Below are positions 7,969 through 17,138 of a stretch of DNA of 53,687 nucleotides, piece after piece. Positions within the stretch are counted from its first letter, which is position 1, and every line of letters starts with the position of its first letter. The position numbers and the translations under genes are program-made. Source of the DNA: a virus (taxonomy: Duplodnaviria > Caudoviricetes). Under the pieces are notes generated by a model that worked only from the letters and a program-made list of their open reading frames with translations, was not told the DNA's origin and did no database searches. The DNA is taken from IMG/VR virus record IMGVR_UViG_3300037462_000020, positions 1 through 53,687 of that record. The stretch is one strand, 5' to 3'.

Positions 7969-8763
7969 ATGGCCAGAGATTTTCTGACTGACATCAATAT
8001 GGGTGGAGGCGCTCGGGTCATCGGGCTTCTCGATCCTGTCAACCCCCAAGACGCAGCGACGAAGGCATACGTCGATTCTGCTGTCGAAGGCATCGCGTGG
8101 AAATCGAACGTTCGTGTCGCTTCGACTGCGAACATCAACCTTTCCGCTCCGGGTGCCACGATCGACGGCATCACGATGGCGGTGAACGATCGCTTTCTCG
8201 CGAAGGATCAGACCACCCAGACTCAGAACGGCATCTATGTCTGGAACGGTGCTGCCACTCCGGCGACTCGTGCTGCTGACGCAAGCACGTTCGAGGAACT
8301 CGAGCAGGCTGTGGTCACCGCCGAGGAAGGCACTTCGAACGGTGGAACGACTTGGCGTCAAACCCAAGTGAATGGAACCGTCGGTTCCTCGAACATTCTG
8401 TTCACAGCTTTCGGCACGAGCGCAGGTGCTGCGACGGAGACCGCTGCTGGTGTCGCCGAGATTGCGACTCAGGGTGAGACGGATACGGGAACTGATGATA
8501 CCCGTTTCATCACTCCTCTGAAGCTGGCGAACTGGTCCGGTCGCAAGCGCAAGGCTTCCGCTGTGATCGGTGATGGCTCGGCCACCACCTTCAACATCGA
8601 TCACAACTTCAACACTCGGCAGGTCGTGGTCGAAGTCTACCGCAACAACGGCAACTTCGATACCGTGATCGCTGATGTGTCTCGACCGACGGTCAACCGC
8701 GTGACGATCACGTTCGCCTCGGCTCCGGCACTGAACGCCTACGAAGTCGTGGTTCTGGGGTAA
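7969..8763 (+). CDS. head/tail fibre-like structural protein
   Basis: DPVNPQDAATKAYVD, VRVASTANINLS.PGATIDG...R.L.KDQ....NGIY and GVAEIATQ.ET..GTDD..FITP fibre motifs. Confidence 0.8.
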   Translation: MARDFLTDINMGGGARVIGLLDPVNPQDAATKAYVDSAVEGIAWKSNVRVASTANINLSAPGATIDGITMAVNDRFLAKDQTTQTQNGIYVWNGAATPATRAADASTFEELEQAVVTAEEGTSNGGTTWRQTQVNGTVGSSNILFTAFGTSAGAATETAAGVAEIATQGETDTGTDDTRFITPLKLANWSGRKRKASAVIGDGSATTFNIDHNFNTRQVVVEVYRNNGNFDTVIADVSRPTVNRVTITFASAPALNAYEVVVLG

Positions 8764-8767
8764 GAAC

Positions 8768-9601
8768 ATGGTCATCGCAACAAGAGATCAGGCGTTCAAC
8801 GCTCTCGCCAACAACTCTTCGCGTTTCGTCTTGGAAAAAGCTTCCTTGGCGAACCAAGTCGCGAACACGCTTTGCAGCATGTGGAGATCTGCTGGTCAGC
8901 CTGCTCAGGGAGCGATTCCTGGAACGACTCCAGCTGTTCCGACGAAGGCTACTCTTGGAGCGATCGACTTCGCGAATCAGCTTTCCCCGGTCACCTCTTA
9001 TCTCCTCTGGGCTCTCGTTTACTCTGGAAACAGCGGCGGAGCAGTAGAATTTCATGATCGAGTCGCCCACATGGGAGGTCTCGTTCTAAACGTCACGACT
9101 GCTCAGAACATTACTGGTCTTGACATTTCCACTCTTGGGCTCGCTGCAGAACGTCGAGGGCCTGCTGATTTTTCTGATCTTCAGTGGTTCCTCGAAGTCT
9201 ACACCGATGGCGGTGCAACCGCTTCGAACGCAACAATCAACGTCACATATGATGATGCGACGACAGGAAACCTCACCGTCGTTGCTGTCGGCGGCACTCT
9301 TCGTGCTGGTCGAATGATTCCACTCACTCCTCTGATTCCTACCGCTCAGCAGGGGAAAAAGATTCGCGGTATCAACAGCGTGACTCTGAGTGCTTCTACT
9401 GGAACGGCTGGAAACTTCGGATTCACCTGCACCAGACAGAGAACTGGTGTCCCGATGGGACTCGCTGGAACTCCTTCGAAGCTGACTTGGCAAGACGGAT
9501 CGGCAGAAGTTCCGAACGATTCTTGTATCATGCTTGTCGTGAACTGCGCCACTACTTCTTCTGGAACAGTTCGCGGACAAGGCAAGATCGCTCATGGCTG
9601 A
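8768..9601 (+). CDS. putative virion structural protein
   Basis: Gly/Thr/Ala-rich beta protein inside the structural operon. Confidence 0.65.
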   Translation: MVIATRDQAFNALANNSSRFVLEKASLANQVANTLCSMWRSAGQPAQGAIPGTTPAVPTKATLGAIDFANQLSPVTSYLLWALVYSGNSGGAVEFHDRVAHMGGLVLNVTTAQNITGLDISTLGLAAERRGPADFSDLQWFLEVYTDGGATASNATINVTYDDATTGNLTVVAVGGTLRAGRMIPLTPLIPTAQQGKKIRGINSVTLSASTGTAGNFGFTCTRQRTGVPMGLAGTPSKLTWQDGSAEVPNDSCIMLVVNCATTSSGTVRGQGKIAHG

Positions 9602-9818
9602 TTTCGCCAGAATACAGAATTTCGATTCTGATTTCGGCCTGGATGAGAATTTCCAGTTCGATAACGATGTCGGCACAAAGATTGCGGACAACGATCTATT
9701 TGGAATCCCTGCTCCTCCCTCTACGGTTTATATCGGAGCAGCGGGTCAAGCCCAGAAGTATGTCGGTCTCAGAACCGAAGCGCAGCTATACGTCGGCGCT
9801 GGAGATCTTTGGCCGTAA
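9594..9818 (+). CDS. hypothetical protein (74 aa)
   Basis: Overlap-coupled; short Y(I/V)G repeats. Confidence 0.55.
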   Translation: MADFARIQNFDSDFGLDENFQFDNDVGTKIADNDLFGIPAPPSTVYIGAAGQAQKYVGLRTEAQLYVGAGDLWP

Positions 9819-9834
9819 TCCATACAAAACTTCC

Positions 9835-9863
9835 TTGCTGTGAGCAGGGAAGTGCTGTATGTT
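9835..9863 (+). promoter_or_regulatory. promoter of the major capsid gene
   Basis: TTGCTG-17-TATGTT with TG near the -10. Confidence 0.55.
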
Positions 9864-9951
9864 CGAAATCACTGAAGCCATGTGGCTTCAATCCATTGGA
9901 GCAGAACATGGGTTCGCTCATCCTCCACAGCGCCAATGAAAGGACATTCAC

Positions 9952-11013
9952 ATGGCCGCAGGTCCCACGGTTCGGGTGAGCGACGTTATCGTCCCCGAAG
10001 TCTTCACGCCCTACATGCAGCAACTGACCGAGGAGAAGTCGCGACTGGTTCAGTCGGGTCTGCTCGCTCGCTCCGAAGCGCTCGACACGCTGCTCGCTGG
10101 CGGCGGTCTGACCTTCCAGGTTCCCTCGTTCCGCGACCTCGACAACGATGCCGATCGCATCTCGACCGACACCTCGGTGCCGTTCGCTGATCCGGATGCT
10201 TCGCTGCCCGCTGGTGTCGCTCGGCCGCCGAACCCGCTGAAGATCCAGACCTCCAAGGAGATCGCGGTCCGGATGAACCGCAACAACTCCTGGTCTTCGA
10301 CCGACCTTGCTGCGATTCTCGCCGGCGTCGATCCCATGAATGCGATCGCTTCCCGCGTCGCTGCCTACTGGACTCGTCGTCTCCAGGCCTCTTTCATCGC
10401 GACGTGGCGTGGCGTCATCGCCGACAACGCTGCCAACGATGCTGGCGACTACATCAACAACATCAGCGGCGGTGCCTTCATCGACGGTGTGACCAACTTC
10501 TCGGCCGAAGCCTTCCTGGACGCTGCTCAGACGATGGGCGACTCGCAGGACGATCTGGTCGCGGTGGCTGTTCACTCGGTCGTCTACAACCGCATGATGA
10601 AGAACAACCTGATCGACTTCATCCCGGACGCTCGCGGCGAGATCAACATTCCGACCTTCCTCGGCCGTGAAGTGATCGTCGATGACGGCCTGCCCCGGAC
10701 CGGCTCGGTCTATGACACGTGGCTGTTCGGCTCGGGCGCGACCATGCTCGGCGTCGGCTCGCCTCCGGTCGCGACCGAAGTCGATCGTCGTGCTGGTGGC
10801 GGCAACGGTGGCGGTCAGGACGTCCTCTACTCGCGTGTCATGTGGACGATCCACCCGACGGGTCACGCCTTCGTGGGCGCTGGCGTTCCCGATGGTGGTC
10901 CGGCGAACTCCGGCACGGGCGGTCCCGACCTGGACGAAGCTGCCTCCTGGAACCGGGTCTACCCGGAACGGAAGCAGATCAAGTTCGCCCGTCTGGTCAC
11001 CCGCGAGGCGTAA
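9952..11013 (+). CDS. major capsid protein
   Basis: SDVIVPEVFTPY, VHSVVY..M.K..LIDF and TFLGREVIVDDGLP motifs; strong codon bias; terminator after. Confidence 0.93.
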   Translation: MAAGPTVRVSDVIVPEVFTPYMQQLTEEKSRLVQSGLLARSEALDTLLAGGGLTFQVPSFRDLDNDADRISTDTSVPFADPDASLPAGVARPPNPLKIQTSKEIAVRMNRNNSWSSTDLAAILAGVDPMNAIASRVAAYWTRRLQASFIATWRGVIADNAANDAGDYINNISGGAFIDGVTNFSAEAFLDAAQTMGDSQDDLVAVAVHSVVYNRMMKNNLIDFIPDARGEINIPTFLGREVIVDDGLPRTGSVYDTWLFGSGATMLGVGSPPVATEVDRRAGGGNGGGQDVLYSRVMWTIHPTGHAFVGAGVPDGGPANSGTGGPDLDEAASWNRVYPERKQIKFARLVTREA

Positions 11014-11028
11014 TCCTCCCTGTCGACT

Positions 11029-11057
11029 GAGAAGGCGGGCAACCGCCTTCTCTCTTT
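11029..11057 (+). terminator. intrinsic terminator
   Basis: GAGAAGGCGG-GCAA-CCGCCTTCTC then TCTTT. Confidence 0.75.
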
Positions 11058-11075
11058 CACGCTCAGGAGGGAACA

Positions 11076-11594
11076 ATGGGCAAAGGTCTTCCTCGTTCGA
11101 TGTCCCGAGGTGCTGCTCAGCAGCAGGACATCATCAAGCAGAATTTCGTCATTCGCGGAACGGTCGCTGTCACCGCCACGGGTGCCGCTGTCGGTTGGGG
11201 GACTGCCGTTATCGGCGATCTGCCCAAGGGCAACATTCTGCTCTTGGGCGCTGTCGCCTATGTCCAGCTTGCTGGCTCTGGCGCGGATCCCAACCTCGAC
11301 GCAACGTGGGATGGGGACTTCTCCATCGGCACGGCTCCGACTGCCGATGTCACGCTTTCGGGCGCTGAGATCGACATCATCGGCTCGACCGCTCTTGGCG
11401 CTGCCACGGCGGAGGTCTCTCCCCGCGTCCGCGCTGTGAACGCAACGCAGGCGATCTTCGACAACACGGACAACTCGCTCGAGTTGAACCTGAACGTGCT
11501 GGTCGATGCCGCCAACATCGTCGACGGGGCGACCGTCAACCTCACCGCCAGCGGCGTTCTGCAACTGGCCTACATCGTCATGCTTGACGACTGA
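11076..11594 (+). CDS. virion structural protein (capsid decoration candidate)
   Basis: RBS AGGAGG; directly after the capsid gene; beta-rich. Confidence 0.7.
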   Translation: MGKGLPRSMSRGAAQQQDIIKQNFVIRGTVAVTATGAAVGWGTAVIGDLPKGNILLLGAVAYVQLAGSGADPNLDATWDGDFSIGTAPTADVTLSGAEIDIIGSTALGAATAEVSPRVRAVNATQAIFDNTDNSLELNLNVLVDAANIVDGATVNLTASGVLQLAYIVMLDD

Positions 11595-11608
11595 TACGGA
11601 GAAGTGAT

Positions 11609-12268
11609 ATGGATATCCGGGAAGCTCTTTCTCAACTCGACACCCTGAACGACGACCACTGGACGTCCGAAGGCGCGCCGAAAATCGATGCTGTGAAGGA
11701 ACTTCTCGGAGGTCCTGTCACCCGTCAGGACATCATCAACGCGGCTCCGCATTTCAGCCGCGAGAACCCGATCGTGGAAGAGGAGAAGTCCAATGCCGAA
11801 GAAGGGCAAGGGGTATTCGAAGGGCGGCAAGAAGAAGTGATCATCGATTCTGCTCTGCTGGACGAGTTCGCCCAGAAAGAGCCGATGGACCCGAACCTCT
11901 TCTTGGGCTTCCTGATGACCGTTCCCACCGCTGGTCTTCAGGAACTCCTGGAAATTCTCCAGGAACAGCAGAGCGGTGTCGAAGCGAATCGCAAGAAGCT
12001 GGATGAGATGGATCTTCGCATCCGTCACGCCATGCTTCACACCAAGGCTCGCATCAACCGCGAAATTCCTGACGTCAGCGATCGTGAGGCGAACATGGCC
12101 TACATCAAGCGTCAGCAGGAACTTCGCGCTGCGAAACACGCCGCCACCACTCAGCTTCTGAAGGGTGTCGATCTGAAGAGCCTCGATCCTCGCGCTCCGA
12201 TCGATCGGGCGATGGCCCGCAAGACGCAGCGTGGTGTTCACCGTCCGAACTTCGGCGTGAAAGGGTAA
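11609..12268 (+). CDS. hypothetical protein
   Basis: N-terminal LD..NDDHWT..G.P small domain plus coiled coil. Confidence 0.75.
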   Translation: MDIREALSQLDTLNDDHWTSEGAPKIDAVKELLGGPVTRQDIINAAPHFSRENPIVEEEKSNAEEGQGVFEGRQEEVIIDSALLDEFAQKEPMDPNLFLGFLMTVPTAGLQELLEILQEQQSGVEANRKKLDEMDLRIRHAMLHTKARINREIPDVSDREANMAYIKRQQELRAAKHAATTQLLKGVDLKSLDPRAPIDRAMARKTQRGVHRPNFGVKG

Positions 12269-12272
12269 CGTC

Positions 12273-12638
12273 ATGGCGCTGGATCCGAAAGCTGCGAAGT
12301 CGAAGATCCAGCGTGATCGTCGGGTGGAGCGTAGCCGAAAGGAACGCTTCGCCGGACTGATCCAGACCCCGGCCTCGCTGCCCCTCCCGCTCCCCGAGGC
12401 CGGGGTCATCGGTGTCTCTTCAAGTGTCGCTGTCTCGCAGGGTCAGTTGATCATCACGACCTCAACTGGCCGCACTCTTGGAACTCCGAACCTCGCCGCG
12501 AATGAAGTCTGGAGGATCGGCTTCTTCGAGCGCGGAGTTGAGATCAACATCACCGCTGGTCCCAACGGAACGGCTCGGCTTCATTATCTGGACGATCGCC
12601 GTGAGGCGTCGATCATCGCAGCGAGAAACTTCCCATGA
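12273..12638 (+). CDS. hypothetical protein
   Basis: Fills the gap in the operon; ATGA overlap with the next gene. Confidence 0.6.
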   Translation: MALDPKAAKSKIQRDRRVERSRKERFAGLIQTPASLPLPLPEAGVIGVSSSVAVSQGQLIITTSTGRTLGTPNLAANEVWRIGFFERGVEINITAGPNGTARLHYLDDRREASIIAARNFP

Positions 12639-13480
12639 GCATGATTGTAGAGGACGGCTCCGGCATCTATGAAGCCAACTCCTATGCTGGCCTCTCCTAT
12701 GCTCATTCCTACCTTCATCGCAGAAATCGGCACTCCACTTGGGATGCTACGACTGCTGCTGTTCGTGAAGCTGCTCTGATCGCTGCCACCGATTATATCG
12801 ACAAGCGTTTCGGATCTTCGTTCCTCGGTCACAAGAAGTTCACCGAGTTGAGCGTCGCAGCTTCGAACTTTCTTCAGTTCAACACCCAACCGACGAATGG
12901 AAACAGTGTGACGATCGGATCAGTCACTCTGACCTTCGTGAACAATGCTCCTGGAGCAGGAGAAGTTGAGATCGGTTCCACCGTCGCTGTGACGATCGGA
13001 AATGTTCTGACCGCTCTCGCTTCGCACCCTCAGGTCGATGCTGAGACTGCTGGTTCCAACTCTATCATCGTCCGGAACAAGCTGACTGGTGAACAGGAAG
13101 ATATTCTCTGCTCCGCAATCTCAAACCACATTGAGTGGGACTATGACAAGCTGATCGGTGGAATCGATTCCACTGAGCAGATGCTGGAGTGGCCCAGAGA
13201 AGGAGCGATCTCCCGCGTCGGTGTTCCGTTCATCGGTATTCCCGAGAAGCTTCGTCAGGCAACTGTCGAATATGCCTTCCGCGCAATCAGCGGAACCCTC
13301 ATGCCTGATCCTGTCACCTCCGACACCGGACAGGACGTCCGTCGCATCATGGAGAAGGTCGGGCCGATCGAAACTGAAACGGCCTATTCGAACACCGTTC
13401 GTCAGATCTTCAAGAAATATCCGGAGGCTGATCGGCTTCTCGGTGAACTGATCGGCTCAACTGGAGGGGTCTATCGGTAA
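12635..13480 (+). CDS. head-tail adaptor (DnaT-like phage family) with an internal insertion
   Basis: IVEDGSG...ANSY, ALIAATDYID, Q.LEWPR, IP..LRQA..E.A and EKVGPIE motifs. Confidence 0.85.
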   Translation: MSMIVEDGSGIYEANSYAGLSYAHSYLHRRNRHSTWDATTAAVREAALIAATDYIDKRFGSSFLGHKKFTELSVAASNFLQFNTQPTNGNSVTIGSVTLTFVNNAPGAGEVEIGSTVAVTIGNVLTALASHPQVDAETAGSNSIIVRNKLTGEQEDILCSAISNHIEWDYDKLIGGIDSTEQMLEWPREGAISRVGVPFIGIPEKLRQATVEYAFRAISGTLMPDPVTSDTGQDVRRIMEKVGPIETETAYSNTVRQIFKKYPEADRLLGELIGSTGGVYR

Positions 13481-13872
13481 TGGTCGACTACGTCAAACTC
13501 GCAGCGACTGCTGAAAGGCTGGTTCGTGAGAATGGTCGACCGATATCTTTCGTGAGAAAGGCAGGCGGGCCGATCGATCCTTCCAGACCTTGGAAGGGAT
13601 CGGTCGATTCCGAGGATATTCTCGAGCTCAACGGTGTTTTCGTGACGCCGAACCAAGTTCGCATCTTCGGCCTGTCCGCCTTGGGCGAAGGCACCGAGTT
13701 CATCGATATGGTTTCGTTCAGTGAGCAGATTATCATCACCTGTCCTGGGGAGAATGATCTTCGTCTCTACCAGACAGTTCGTGATGGAACTATCAACTGG
13801 AACGTGACCGCCTATCAGTTTCTCCGCCCGGGAACCCTCAACATTCTTGCGTTCGTGGGGACCAGACGATGA
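13480..13872 (+). CDS. head closure/head-tail joining protein
   Basis: Position; DY.KLA.TA.RL...NGR start. Confidence 0.7.
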   Translation: MVDYVKLAATAERLVRENGRPISFVRKAGGPIDPSRPWKGSVDSEDILELNGVFVTPNQVRIFGLSALGEGTEFIDMVSFSEQIIITCPGENDLRLYQTVRDGTINWNVTAYQFLRPGTLNILAFVGTRR

Positions 13873-14288
13873 GCAACATCACCTTCGAGCAGGCCGTTGA
13901 TGATATGCAGACGATGGTTCTCGCTGCATGGACTCCGACTGGACATCAGATCTTCTGGGAAGCCGTTCAAGGCGACCGTGAAGTGGACGACACGGCGTGG
14001 GCCGTCTCAACGATCCGTCATGTGACTGGTCGTCAACAGACACTCGGTGGCATCGGCAATCGCGCCTTTGAACGCACCGGGATCATATTTCTGCAGATCT
14101 TCACTCGTGTTGGAAATGGCTTGCAAGAATCCTATCAGTTGGCTAAAGTAATGGCTGATGGTTTCGAAGGGAAGTCCTCTCCCAACGGGGTCTGGTTCCG
14201 GAATGTCCGGATCAATGAAGCTGGAAAAGACGGTGCATTCACTCAGACGAATGTGACAGTCGAGTTCCAATACAACGAAGTCAAGTAA
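13869..14288 (+). CDS. tail terminator protein
   Basis: R.G...LQIF...G.G motif; sits before the tail tube gene. Confidence 0.8.
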   Translation: MSNITFEQAVDDMQTMVLAAWTPTGHQIFWEAVQGDREVDDTAWAVSTIRHVTGRQQTLGGIGNRAFERTGIIFLQIFTRVGNGLQESYQLAKVMADGFEGKSSPNGVWFRNVRINEAGKDGAFTQTNVTVEFQYNEVK

Positions 14289-14298
14289 GGAGGCCGCA

Positions 14299-15852
14299 AT
14301 GGCACAGGTCCAAAAGATCGACTCCAACATCACCGGTCTCGCCTATGCCCAGGAGGCTCAGCTTGGCCTGCTTCCCGGTGAAGGTGGACTCGGTGGCACC
14401 CCGACGTGGTATCGTCTGGAGCCGAACAGCTACAACGACTTCGGTGGCGAGATTGTCACCGTCGCACCGAACCCGATCAACCCGTCCCGTCAGCGCCGCA
14501 AGGGCGTGACCACGGATCTCAACGCGGCTGGTGGCTTCAACCACAACCTGACCTTCCAGAACCTCACGGATCTGATGCAGGGCGTGATGTTCGCCGACAT
14601 TCGCCGCAAGGGACGCCAGACGGTCACCGCTGTCGACATCGATCTCGCAAACCCGGACGAGTATGAGGTCGCAGCGACTGCTGGCTTCCTCGTGAACTCG
14701 CTGATCAAGGGCATCGGCTTCGCCAACTCGGCGAACAACGCTCTGAACGTCGTGACTGCGATCACCACGAATACCTCGGTCGAAGTGGCCACGGGTCTTC
14801 TGGTTGCAGAACCGGCTCCTCCGACGGGTGCTCGTATCGACGTGGTCGGCTATCAGGCGGTCGCTGCCGATCTGAACGTTGACGTCACTGGCGACCTTCC
14901 GGCGCTGACGTCGACGACCCTGGACTTCACCACTCTGGGCATCGTGCCCGGACAGTGGGTGTTCGTGGGCGGGGACACCGCTCCCACTCGCTTCGTGACG
15001 GCTGCGAACAATGGCTTCAAGCGTGTCCGTTCGGTCGCTGCCAATCGCCTGACCTTCGACAAGTCCTTCACGGCGATGTCCGCGGAGACTGGCACGGGCC
15101 TCACGATTCGCCTTTTCTTCGGTGATGTTCTGCGGAACGAGACCGGCGCTCTCATCAAGCGGCGGACCTACAACGTCGAGCGTCTGCTCGGTGCGCCCGA
15201 CGACGCTTCGCCGAACGCGGTTCAGTCCGAAGTTCTGAAGGGTGCTGTGCCGAACGAGTTCACGCTGAACATTCCCTCGGCCGAACTGGTGAACGTCGAC
15301 TTCACCTTCGTGGCGACGGACAACGAGCAGCGCGATTCGGTGACCGGACCCAAGCAGACCGCCGTCCAGACCTTCGCCACCGCGAAGGAATACAATACGT
15401 CGAGCGACGTGGGTCGGATCCGGCTGTCCACTGTGTCCCAGACGGATGAAGCCCCTGCGGCTCTGTTCGCCTACGTCACCGAGGCAACGATCTCGATCAA
15501 CAACAACGTCACGCCGAACAAGGCGGTCGGTGTTCTCGGCGCGTTCGATGTGACTGCTGGCACCTTCACGGTGTCTGGCGAACTGACGGCCTACTTCTCC
15601 AACGTGTCTGCGACGCAGGCTGTGCGGAACAACGTGGACGTCACGCTGGACATCTCCTTCGTGAAGGACAACACCGGCATCGTCTACGATCTGCCGCTGA
15701 TCGCTCTGGGCGATGGGCGTCTGAACGTGGAAGTCGATCAGCCGATCACGCTGCCTCTCACCACGGATGCGGCGTCTGGTCAGGACGTGGCCCAGAACCT
15801 GGACCACACCCTCCTGATCACCTACTTCAACTACCTCCCGAACGCGGCGTAA
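14299..15852 (+). CDS. major tail tube protein
   Basis: W..LEPNSY.DFGG, PINPSRQRRKG..TDL and F.VSG..TAYF motifs; hairpin after the stop. Confidence 0.9.
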   Translation: MAQVQKIDSNITGLAYAQEAQLGLLPGEGGLGGTPTWYRLEPNSYNDFGGEIVTVAPNPINPSRQRRKGVTTDLNAAGGFNHNLTFQNLTDLMQGVMFADIRRKGRQTVTAVDIDLANPDEYEVAATAGFLVNSLIKGIGFANSANNALNVVTAITTNTSVEVATGLLVAEPAPPTGARIDVVGYQAVAADLNVDVTGDLPALTSTTLDFTTLGIVPGQWVFVGGDTAPTRFVTAANNGFKRVRSVAANRLTFDKSFTAMSAETGTGLTIRLFFGDVLRNETGALIKRRTYNVERLLGAPDDASPNAVQSEVLKGAVPNEFTLNIPSAELVNVDFTFVATDNEQRDSVTGPKQTAVQTFATAKEYNTSSDVGRIRLSTVSQTDEAPAALFAYVTEATISINNNVTPNKAVGVLGAFDVTAGTFTVSGELTAYFSNVSATQAVRNNVDVTLDISFVKDNTGIVYDLPLIALGDGRLNVEVDQPITLPLTTDAASGQDVAQNLDHTLLITYFNYLPNAA

Positions 15853-15889
15853 GCCGCGTTCACTCCTGCCAGAAAGAAGGATACTGCAT

Positions 15890-16318
15890 ATGGGAATGTA
15901 TGACACATTCGAGACGGACCCGAACATGGAACAGGAAGGCGTCTTCCTGGACTATGGTGATTTCCGGGTTCGCATCGCTCACGCCGGACAGGGCAACTCC
16001 AAGTATGTGAGATACGCGGAGAAGAAACTCAAGCCCGTCCGGAAAGCGATGGAGGCTGGCGCTCTGGGCAATGAGCGTTCCATGGCTATCATGATCGATA
16101 TCTACAGCGAGTCGATCATTCTGGACTGGCAGGTCCGCGAAGGCGACGAGTGGAAGTCCGGCATCGAAGCCCGTGATGGATCGGTGATGAAGTTCACCCG
16201 TGAGAATGTCGAGGCGACTCTTCGGGCGCTGCCCAATCTGTTCCTCGATATCCAGCAACAGGCTCAGTCGATCGCGAACTTCCGCCGCGCTGACCTCGAG
16301 GAAGAATCGGGAAACTGA
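15890..16318 (+). CDS. tail assembly chaperone (gpG-like)
   Basis: Between tail tube and tape measure; ends at slippery site GGGAAAC. Confidence 0.85.
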   Translation: MGMYDTFETDPNMEQEGVFLDYGDFRVRIAHAGQGNSKYVRYAEKKLKPVRKAMEAGALGNERSMAIMIDIYSESIILDWQVREGDEWKSGIEARDGSVMKFTRENVEATLRALPNLFLDIQQQAQSIANFRRADLEEESGN

Positions 16319-16644
16319 CAGAGGTCCTTCAGTATCAGCTGATACAAGGACCAGTCGAATCCCAGATCATTCAGCAGGCCGTGAAACACGGCCTGCCTCT
16401 TCCTGAGAAAATCCAAAATGCCCCTAGTCTTTGGCCGGGGCTTGAACTATACTACATAGGGTTCATGGATCTCATGGCCTCCAGACAGTCCGGCATGGGT
16501 CTTGGACCGATCTGGTGGGGAACGATCCAGGACTACTGCGAAAGGAAGGGCCTCGACGAGGAACAGACCGAAGCCATGCACTTGCACATTCGAGCGATGG
16601 ATGAGGTCTACATGAAACACGTTCAGCAGAAGACGAAGAAGTAA
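16309..16644 (+). CDS. -1 frameshift extension of the tail chaperone (gpGT-like)
   Basis: G GGA AAC at 16309-16315; the -1 frame is open into ORF 16381..16644. Confidence 0.8.
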   Translation, partial: GKLTEVLQYQLIQGPVESQIIQQAVKHGLPLPEKIQNAPSLWPGLELYYIGFMDLMASRQSGMGLGPIWWGTIQDYCERKGLDEEQTEAMHLHIRAMDEVYMKHVQQKTKK

Positions 16645-17138
16645 TGGCCACTCTCGCGCAATTCTCTCAGAATATCCGCAAGCGCGGATCGCAGATTGAG
16701 AACGCGGGAACTCGTTTCACGAAGACCGTTGCGAAACGTGCGTTGAGGGCTCTTGTGAACGCCACCCCTGTCGATACTGGTCGCGCTCGTTCCAACTGGC
16801 GCGTAGGTATCGGCGCTCCCACTCGTGCTGAAATTGAACCGTATGCCGAAGGCAAGAAACTCGGCATTGGTGAAAGAGCCAACGCCAACGCTGCGATCGC
16901 TGCTGGTCTCGCTCGGATCAACAGTGTTCGTGGTGTCTCTGGACGTGGGCTCGAGACCGCGATCTATATCAACAATAACACTCCTTACATCGGCAATCTG
17001 CCGAATGGTAAGGGGCTGAACGATGGATACTCTCCTCAGGCGGCTCCCGGTTTCATCGAGGCTGCTCTCCTTGAAGCGCGCTCTGTTCTTCCGAATCTGC
17101 GTGTCTTCACCAGTCGCGATGATGACGGAGACGAATGA
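16644..17138 (+). CDS. tail completion/neck protein (HK97 gp10-like)
   Basis: TPVDTGRARSNW...IYI.NN.PYI..LN.G.S.QA motif. Confidence 0.85.
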   Translation: MATLAQFSQNIRKRGSQIENAGTRFTKTVAKRALRALVNATPVDTGRARSNWRVGIGAPTRAEIEPYAEGKKLGIGERANANAAIAAGLARINSVRGVSGRGLETAIYINNNTPYIGNLPNGKGLNDGYSPQAAPGFIEAALLEARSVLPNLRVFTSRDDDGDE

